Part shown: one piece after another, positions 58,085-64,000 of the stretch
Numbering within the stretch: the first letter of the stretch is position 1
Layout of the letters: the number at the start of each line of letters is the position of its first letter
IMG/VR virus record: IMGVR_UViG_3300020477_001611
Coordinates: 37,155 to 101,154 of that record
From: a virus
Length of the DNA stretch: 64,000 bases
Direction: 5' to 3' (one strand)
Made by a program: the position numbers and the translations under genes
Notes under the pieces: generated by a model
Seen by the model: only the letters and a program-made list of their open reading frames with translations
Told to the model about the DNA's origin: nothing
The model's database searches: none

Positions 58085-58896
58085 GGACAATTTTCCGTAT
58101 TCTTAAAAACACAATATTTGCAAGACAGCCTATTTTTAAACGGCTTATTGTTTTTTATATTATATACGAACCTTTCTAAAGATTTAATTGCATTTTGTGT
58201 TTTCTTTGTACCGCTTGTTACACGATAGATTTCTACATTATCACGTTTTGCCGTTCTTTTAAGTAAAATAAAATAAGTTTCCACATCTTTTGGATCTAAG
58301 TCATATTTTTTTACAAAATAATTTTTATAAAGAGTCAATTGATACGTGGTCAATGGGCTAGTTTTTTTCTGAAAATTCCAACCCCATGAGCATGTTTTCC
58401 AATCAATAACATGATATTTGTTATCTGGAGTCTTAATAACCAAATCTATATATCCCTTAAACTTATAATCAGGCTCAGGAAATTCCTCTATTGGTTCATA
58501 TAGGGCCTCTTCGGCTGCCACCACCTCAAATTCTCCAAAATGGTCCTTGAGAGCCGGCATTATTTGAGGGATAATTCTTTTTCCCTGTTCAACGAACTGC
58601 TCCTTTACATCCTCAGTAATTTGCTTTGTAACCTCTAATAGTTCTTTATCAAAAGACTTTTCAAAGAGAAGCTTGCCTTGAGCGGGGCCCTGCACACGTC
58701 CCAATGTCATTTTCTCACATACTTCATGAATGGCGGTTCCAAATGCAGTATATTCGTTGCTTGAAAAATAAGGAATCTTATCTAAATAAACCAATTTGTG
58801 CCGCCATGGGCACTCACTCCAGTTTTTATATTCAGAATAACTTATATGTGTTTTATTTGTTTGATTTTGTGATTGTGAGCTTTGTGAGTTTGTCAA
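58081..58896 (-). CDS. PD-(D/E)XK (RecB/AddB/Cas4-like) nuclease with probable Fe-S staple
   Basis: SYS...CP, FGTAIH, GYIDLV, IDWKT, QL..Y, C-terminal CKYC......C. Confidence 0.85.
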   Translation of the reverse strand: MTNSQSSQSQNQTNKTHISYSEYKNWSECPWRHKLVYLDKIPYFSSNEYTAFGTAIHEVCEKMTLGRVQGPAQGKLLFEKSFDKELLEVTKQITEDVKEQFVEQGKRIIPQIMPALKDHFGEFEVVAAEEALYEPIEEFPEPDYKFKGYIDLVIKTPDNKYHVIDWKTCSWGWNFQKKTSPLTTYQLTLYKNYFVKKYDLDPKDVETYFILLKRTAKRDNVEIYRVTSGTKKTQNAIKSLERFVYNIKNNKPFKNRLSCKYCVFKNTENCP

Positions 58897-59155
58897 TTAA
58901 TGCCTCTTTACTTTTTTTCCAATACTCAGGAATGTTTTTATTTTTAGCCTCAGTACGAAGTTCTTTATAAGTCATTATAACAAATTTTTGTCTTTGTTGC
59001 AAATATTTTTTTTCTTCGGCTAAAAGGGCGGCGCTCTTCTTCTTTTCTCTTTCTAGGCGGCCGTGCTCAACCACTTTATTATGAGCCTTCTGTTTTTCAG
59101 AAGCGATAGCAGCGACCTTTGACGCAAAATTTGTACGAGCATTACTTCTCTTCAT
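58853..59155 (-). CDS. Basic protein with a Rho-N-like C-terminal domain
   Basis: MTYKELRTEAKNKNIPEYWKKSKEALIDKL. Confidence 0.6.
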   Translation of the reverse strand: MKRSNARTNFASKVAAIASEKQKAHNKVVEHGRLEREKKKSAALLAEEKKYLQQRQKFVIMTYKELRTEAKNKNIPEYWKKSKEALIDKLTKLTITKSNK

Positions 59156-59826
59156 AGTGTGTTCTCAACCTCTTCTACTTTTTCCAGCAAAACTGGGCAT
59201 TCCTTTAAATCTCTTGGACGTTCTAAAAAGTATATTTCAAAGCCACTAGCAAAATACTCTCTCAAAGAAGTCACACTATAAGTATTTGGAAACAATCCTA
59301 AAATAAAAAATTCTAATTTTTCGTATCCCAACTCTTTATACAAAAAATTATCGAAACTTGAAGAATAATCAGAATTTACGAATTCTTCTTTAGAAACTTC
59401 ATAATTATGGGCTTTTAAAATTTGATATAATTTATATCTCTTAGCTAAGAATTCTCGCTGAAGACGGCCATCGCCATATATTAGAGTATTGTTTTTTTCT
59501 TCGATAGAGTGGGCCATTTCGTGGATCAAGTCGTCCACTAAATCTTGATGGTCATCTTGGTCATTACTAACAAAAATAGCGCCATCCTCGTAAGCGGCAT
59601 TAAGATTTCTTTTTTTTAAAAAATCAAAATCCCCCACATATATGGTATCAACACTTTTTAGTACCCCGAGAGGCAGACGTTGCTTTATATCCATAAGAGC
59701 ATCGTGAATAGAAACTCCGTTGCTTATTTTGTCTTTTACGATGACATGGGCGCCGCCGACAACAAAATCTTGACTCTCAAGAAGACGCTTGTGTTTGTTT
59801 TGGATGTACTTCAACTTGATCTCCAT
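59152..59826 (-). CDS. HExxH zinc-metallopeptidase-like protein
   Basis: LIHEMAHSI with downstream Y...S.REYFA. Confidence 0.6.
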   Translation of the reverse strand: MEIKLKYIQNKHKRLLESQDFVVGGAHVIVKDKISNGVSIHDALMDIKQRLPLGVLKSVDTIYVGDFDFLKKRNLNAAYEDGAIFVSNDQDDHQDLVDDLIHEMAHSIEEKNNTLIYGDGRLQREFLAKRYKLYQILKAHNYEVSKEEFVNSDYSSSFDNFLYKELGYEKLEFFILGLFPNTYSVTSLREYFASGFEIYFLERPRDLKECPVLLEKVEEVENTL

Positions 59827-60067
59827 ATTTTTTCTTTAATTCTTGGATATCGTTTAATGCCTGCTCATAACCGCGAATATAATTTTCTTCTGCGAGTACC
59901 AGCAAAAATTCTGGGAATTCATCAGCCATTACCCCCAGCACCATGTCGATGGTTACATTTCCATCCTCTGGCTGTAGTTTGTTGCCTGCATACTGAACAA
60001 TCAATTCTTTAATTTTTGTATTTTCTTCGACTAAATTATCTTTTATTGATAAATCTTCTTGATTCAT
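59777..60067 (-). CDS. Hypothetical acidic protein (96 aa)
   Basis: SD TAAGG upstream; fills the gap between neighbours. Confidence 0.6.
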   Translation of the reverse strand: MNQEDLSIKDNLVEENTKIKELIVQYAGNKLQPEDGNVTIDMVLGVMADEFPEFLLVLAEENYIRGYEQALNDIQELKKKYGDQVEVHPKQTQASS

Positions 60068-60076
60068 TTTTTTTCC

Positions 60077-61411
60077 TTATAAAATTTTTGCTGCAAGTGT
60101 GGCCACCTTAGACCTTTCGCCTCGTGTTAAAGTTACATGTCCTGCAATGTCATGTTCCTTGAATTTTTCTACTGCATGTGTAAGACCATTGGTTGTTTCA
60201 TCGATATAAACATTATCAATCTGCTCAATGTCTCCCATTAAAACAATTTTTGAATTATCTCCGACGCGAGTCACAACAGTTTTAAGTTCGTGGGCTGTCA
60301 TATTCTGAATTTCGTCAACTACAATAAAAGCATTGTTTATACTTCGCCCACGAATATAAGTAAGCGCTTCAATCTCAATTATACCCTCATTAACATATTC
60401 TTTTAAACTATCCTTGCCGTTTCCTAAAAGATACTGTAAATTGTCATTAATTGGGGCCAGCCAAGGAGACATCTTCTCCTCTAAGCTGCCGGGAAGATAT
60501 CCAATGTCCTTGCCCATGGGTTGTATCGGTCTAGAGACGATAAGGCGGTTGTAACGCGCTTGTTTGGGAATTACGGTGTGCCAGTCGTCTACAGCCTGAC
60601 AAAGCCCAGCAAACAGCGCTATCATCGTTTTACCGGTACCTGCTGGTCCGACAAGAGTCACAACCTTGACGTTGGGATCCATCAGAAGGTTCAAGGCAAA
60701 ATCTTGTTCTTTGTTTCGAGATTTTATATTCCATTTTTTGTTAGAGTAATCAATAATCTTGCCTAAGTGTTTATTATAACCAGAAAATCTTGCTAGCGCC
60801 GTTTTCTTCTCGTTACCCACAGAAACAAGCAGCACAAATTGATTTGGATAAAGCTTTACTTCATCTTTATCCAAGAAAACATTCTCGCCGGCGTAGAACT
60901 GGTCGATCACCTGATCATCTACCAAATGCTTGGTTACTCCGGTAAAAATCTCCGATCTGCTTTTGACCACTTTTTCAGTTTCATAGTCTTCGCCTAAAAT
61001 ATCAAGAGCATCACATTTAACGCGCATGTTGATGTCGCGAGACACAACAACAACCTTTCTTCTAGGATTGTCCTTCTTTTCACTTAGGGCCGTTGCTAAA
61101 ATCTGGTTGTCAGGGTCTTTGTCATCGAAGCCGGGAGGAAGCAGCCCTAATTCATAGCTCCTAGCCCTCAGAATGCCCGCTCCGCGTCTTATCCGCACTC
61201 CCTTGGACAAGTTCCCCTTTGAGCGGAGTTCGTCCAGTGTACGGATTATACGGCGGGCATTTGAGCCGACACTATCTTGGCGCTTTTTATGTTTGTCGAT
61301 TTCTTCTAAAACTTTAATAGGAACAACAATGTCGTTGTTGCTGAACGAGAAGATCGAATTTGAGTCTGTTAGATATACATTGGTATCTAAAATGTAGGTT
61401 TTTTTAGCCAT
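60077..61411 (-). CDS. phoH: PIN-PhoH (PhoH2/YlaK-like) ATPase
   Basis: PIN motifs ILDTNV, DNQIL, SRD.N.R; PhoH motifs GPAGTGKT, GYLPG..EEK, YIRGRS, DEIQN, GD.EQID. Confidence 0.92.
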   Translation of the reverse strand: MAKKTYILDTNVYLTDSNSIFSFSNNDIVVPIKVLEEIDKHKKRQDSVGSNARRIIRTLDELRSKGNLSKGVRIRRGAGILRARSYELGLLPPGFDDKDPDNQILATALSEKKDNPRRKVVVVSRDINMRVKCDALDILGEDYETEKVVKSRSEIFTGVTKHLVDDQVIDQFYAGENVFLDKDEVKLYPNQFVLLVSVGNEKKTALARFSGYNKHLGKIIDYSNKKWNIKSRNKEQDFALNLLMDPNVKVVTLVGPAGTGKTMIALFAGLCQAVDDWHTVIPKQARYNRLIVSRPIQPMGKDIGYLPGSLEEKMSPWLAPINDNLQYLLGNGKDSLKEYVNEGIIEIEALTYIRGRSINNAFIVVDEIQNMTAHELKTVVTRVGDNSKIVLMGDIEQIDNVYIDETTNGLTHAVEKFKEHDIAGHVTLTRGERSKVATLAAKIL

Positions 61412-61413
61412 TT

Positions 61414-62055
61414 TTAAATGATTTCGTCAACAAGGCCCCACTTTAAACACTTTTCATGGTCGAGCCAAAGATCCCTCTTTAAAATTTTATCCAACTCTCG
61501 CTTTGGAATCGATGTGTGGAGTGTGTAAATCCTCTTTATATTTTCCATGAGCATTTCTAAATTTTCCATCTCATCCTTGATCTCTTCAAACTTTCCCCAC
61601 ACAGAGGAAGATAACTGATGGATTAACATATAACTATTTCTTGACATATATCTCTTAGTAGTACAACATGAAATCAAAGTAGCTGCGCTAGCAGCAGACC
61701 CGTCGATATAAGAATGAACCGGCGTTTTAAGCTGGCTAAGGGTATCCACTACGGCGAATGCAGAAAAGAGGCTTCCCCCATAGCTGTTTATATGTAATTC
61801 AATTGGGGGCGCCTCACATCCATATTTAATAGTAAATATTTGAGATTCTTTATCTAAATGCCGCAGGGCACGATTCAATAATTTTATATTGCCATCATCG
61901 ACCACGCCGTAAAAATAAATTATATTATTTTGAACATCCACGGCGTGTTGACCGCCGCTGCCGTCATCGTGATTTAGAACAATAATAGGAGTCTTTTCTT
62001 TGGAGGGTGCCTCGTCTCCCTCTTTAGGCTTTGATGCCCAATATAAATCTTTCAT
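61414..62055 (-). CDS. clpP: ClpP-like serine protease
   Basis: INSYGGS, AASAA (Ser), MLIHQ (His), RD (Asp), GLVDEI. Confidence 0.85.
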   Translation of the reverse strand: MKDLYWASKPKEGDEAPSKEKTPIIVLNHDDGSGGQHAVDVQNNIIYFYGVVDDGNIKLLNRALRHLDKESQIFTIKYGCEAPPIELHINSYGGSLFSAFAVVDTLSQLKTPVHSYIDGSAASAATLISCCTTKRYMSRNSYMLIHQLSSSVWGKFEEIKDEMENLEMLMENIKRIYTLHTSIPKRELDKILKRDLWLDHEKCLKWGLVDEII

Positions 62056-62064
62056 TGCTTTCCA

Positions 62065-62072
62065 TAATTAGT
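62065..62072 (-). promoter_or_regulatory. Candidate late promoter motif ACTAATTA
   Basis: In the 58-nt gap, about 10 nt upstream of the clpP start. Confidence 0.4.
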
Positions 62073-62113
62073 TAGTAGGTTGATTATGACTTAAATTGTT
62101 ATGCTCAATAAGT

Positions 62114-63112
62114 TCAAATTTTTTCTGGGGAGTCTGAAAAAAATATTTCCTCCACTCCCCACCTCTTTAATTTAAATTTGAAATACTCTTCAAATTTTTT
62201 CCGACCTTCAAAAACTTCGTAACTATTTTTCTTGTGTCTTATCACCCAACGATTAACCTCTTCTAAAATATCCATTTTATTAAAAACTAATTTATTGACA
62301 CCATTAATTTTAACAGATTTTTCTAAAAATGGCACTTGTATCCAGCCGCACTGGCGAGGACGACCAGTTGTGGCGCCGTATTCTTTTCCTAAATTTCTAA
62401 TCTGTGAGAAAACTGGGTTAGGTAGCTCAAACTTCTTTGCACCGACATATGTTTCATATGCCTTCGCAACACCCCAAACATCCCTAATGGCTTGTGGTGG
62501 AATCCCGTTTAAAAGAGCAGACCCGACAGTGCAATGACTGCTGGTGACAAAAGGATAGTCGCCCCAATCAATATCAAGGCCGAATCCTTGTGCTCCCTCG
62601 CAGAGAATGATTGGAATTTGTGTGTTTTTGTGTAATTCATCATAAATGTTCACCAAGTAAGACTGTAAATAGGCCAAATCTTTTGCTAAAAGCCCGTTTC
62701 TAGCATATTTTTCTCTATAGGCTGGCCCGTTGCCTCGTTTAGTAGTACCAATGGTGGTATCCCTCCCATCTTCTTCTAAATGTTCGTCTGTAATAATATG
62801 GGCGTTTTCTGCAATATAAACTAAATTTTCCACATCGACGCCGCCTTCCCTAAGCTCTTCAAGTTCTTTAAAAAATTGAGTTGGGTTAACGACACAGCCG
62901 GGTCCAATAATACTTTTGATTCCAAAAAATACGCCGGCGGGAATATGGTGTGTAACAAACTTTCTGCCTTTGTGATAAATGGTGTGACCGGCGTTACACC
63001 CACCATTAAAACGAATTACGTGTGTATAATTGCCAGTCTTGCATAGATGATGAGTAATTTTTCCTTTTCCTTCATCACCGTACTGAAGGCCGAGAACAAC
63101 ATCAGCTATCAT
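62114..63112 (-). CDS. purA: Adenylosuccinate synthetase, short 332-aa form
   Basis: QYGDEGKGK, NAGHT, GTT.RG.GPAY, EGAQG, YPFVTSS, GATTGRPR. Confidence 0.92.
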   Translation of the reverse strand: MIADVVLGLQYGDEGKGKITHHLCKTGNYTHVIRFNGGCNAGHTIYHKGRKFVTHHIPAGVFFGIKSIIGPGCVVNPTQFFKELEELREGGVDVENLVYIAENAHIITDEHLEEDGRDTTIGTTKRGNGPAYREKYARNGLLAKDLAYLQSYLVNIYDELHKNTQIPIILCEGAQGFGLDIDWGDYPFVTSSHCTVGSALLNGIPPQAIRDVWGVAKAYETYVGAKKFELPNPVFSQIRNLGKEYGATTGRPRQCGWIQVPFLEKSVKINGVNKLVFNKMDILEEVNRWVIRHKKNSYEVFEGRKKFEEYFKFKLKRWGVEEIFFSDSPEKI

Positions 63113-63353
63113 TTCTCACCCCCGCCTTTTTGTAGAAATTTTTATTTTTACGTTTACTCTTATTTCGGTGAGCTTCTACCACCGTAGAGCGAACTTTTAC
63201 TACATACCCTGCGCGCAATTTTTTAACTTTCGCTTGGCGATCTCTCTCTGTAAGGTATTTTTTTCTGGCCTTATCGGCCTCTTCAAACGTATTAAACCGG
63301 GCTACACTTTTCCATGGGCGCCCATATAATGGATCTCTTGCTTCTGCCTCCAT
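63102..63353 (-). CDS. Hypothetical basic protein (83 aa)
   Basis: Strong SD AGGAGG. Confidence 0.6.
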   Translation of the reverse strand: MEAEARDPLYGRPWKSVARFNTFEEADKARKKYLTERDRQAKVKKLRAGYVVKVRSTVVEAHRNKSKRKNKNFYKKAGVRNDS

Positions 63354-63361
63354 AGTTCCTC

Positions 63362-63676
63362 CTATTTCGTTGGCTGCTTTAATAACTCTAAATTCCTTAT
63401 ATGATATCCTCTAATCACATAATTCACAGAATCAGATAATAACATAAATGTATGCTGAATATAAAATAAACTTTTTTGTTCTCGGTGCAACAATCGCTTT
63501 ATCTTTTGTTTTCCAAGATATTGAAATAAACTATCTCGCTGCAAAATACATTCATGTCGATTAGTAGATCCCCATCTAACAACTGGGATATCCATTATAG
63601 AAGTTTTATATGCATCCAAGCGAGCGGAGCCTTTTATTCTATAAAGCCTACCAATTTCTAATTCTGACACTTTCAT
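63362..63676 (-). CDS. Hypothetical protein (104 aa)
   Basis: Start moved to MKVSEL (63676), just downstream of the tmRNA CCA. Confidence 0.5.
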   Translation of the reverse strand: MKVSELEIGRLYRIKGSARLDAYKTSIMDIPVVRWGSTNRHECILQRDSLFQYLGKQKIKRLLHREQKSLFYIQHTFMLLSDSVNYVIRGYHIRNLELLKQPTK

Positions 63677-63682
63677 AACAAA

Positions 63683-64000
63683 TGGTGGAGACGGCGGGAG
63701 TCGAACCCGCGTCCTCAACATCTCTATTATACCATCATTCACAAGGTTAGTTAAGCTCCCTACCTAACTTAACAATCCGTTTAAACCTTCTGCGCCACGC
63801 GCCACTTATTTTTTTAATGAGAAATAAGAAACTCTGGCGGCATAACCTCCACCAAATTTATTCAATAGGAAAACTTGGAAAACCCTTCGGACACATCCGC
63901 GGTGCCCCATTAGCAGTCTTTGTTTTACAGGGCGCTGCGCTTCCCCGTGATTATGCCGCTAGGGCGTAATCAAATGCAACGTTATCGTTGGCAATTATTG
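63683..64000 (-). ncRNA. ssrA: tmRNA; 5' end lies beyond the window
   Basis: 3' end reads GCGGG-TTCGACT-CCCGC-CGTCTCC-A-CCA (T arm, acceptor strand with U70 and A73, encoded CCA). Tag frame 63992-63951 encodes ANDNVAFDYALAA*. Confidence 0.95.

Noticed and set aside
58081-58896. CRISPR-Cas4 adaptation module
   Set aside because: No cas1/cas2 genes and no repeat-spacer array; stand-alone nucleases of this type are common in phages.
213-62537. Plus-strand ORFs and short nested minus-strand ORFs in the track
   Set aside because: All lie inside longer, motif-bearing minus-strand genes and show no recognisable motifs.
62114-63112. PurZ (2-aminoadenine DNA)
   Set aside because: The motif is GDEGKG with the PurA catalytic Asp rather than the PurZ Ser, and no datZ/mazZ-like genes are nearby.
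63683-63714. tRNA-Ala gene or att-site fragment
   Set aside because: No anticodon or D arm is evident upstream, and a tag frame sits about 270 nt upstream, so this is tmRNA. No integrase is in the window.
63677-63742. N-terminal 22 codons of the 126-aa ORF
   Set aside because: They read through the tmRNA T arm and CCA; the ATG at 63676 is more plausible.
1-64000. Eukaryotic giant virus or cellular chromosome
   Set aside because: gp6/gp25 baseplate genes, SD sites, sigma70 promoters, tmRNA and overlapping operons indicate a tailed bacteriophage.
1-64000. Stop-codon reassignment, introns or inteins
   Set aside because: Standard-code ORFs tile the window; TAA, TAG and TGA all end genes; the recognised enzymes show no large insertions.

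Overview
This 64-kb window is a fragment of a large, probably marine, contractile-tailed (myovirus-like) bacteriophage genome. About 55 tightly packed genes all lie on the minus strand in the standard code; the plus-strand ORFs look like shadows. In transcription order (right to left) there are four blocks. (1) A tmRNA whose 5' end lies outside the window (tag ANDNVAFDYALAA), then purA, a ClpP-like protease, PIN-PhoH, an HExxH protein and an Fe-S PD-(D/E)XK nuclease. (2) A ~23.6-kb, 28-gene nucleotide-sugar/glycosylation island: about 6 glycosyltransferase-like genes, 3 Gmd-like dehydratases, Fcl-like SDRs, a split HldE + HAD + cupin module, a B12 radical SAM enzyme, two different two-subunit ThDP enzymes, and a PLP enzyme/oxygenase/methyltransferase trio. 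(3) A gp55-like sigma factor followed by a ~28.5-kb baseplate/tail module (gp25, gp6, a 3140-aa LamG protein). (4) A RuvC-like resolvase, a primase and a single-chain SbcD-SbcC (Mre11-Rad50) fusion. The most notable signals are a putative branched/higher-carbon sugar pathway whose three ThDP-linked SDRs all lack the catalytic Tyr, and strong enrichment of an [S/T]-[G/A]-S tripeptide in a subset of virion proteins, which may be the sequon for phage-encoded glycosylation. A recurring CTA(A/T)TTA motif is a candidate late promoter. All family calls come from motif recognition by eye, not database searches. Several start codons were moved from the ORF track using gene overlaps and SD-like sequences.
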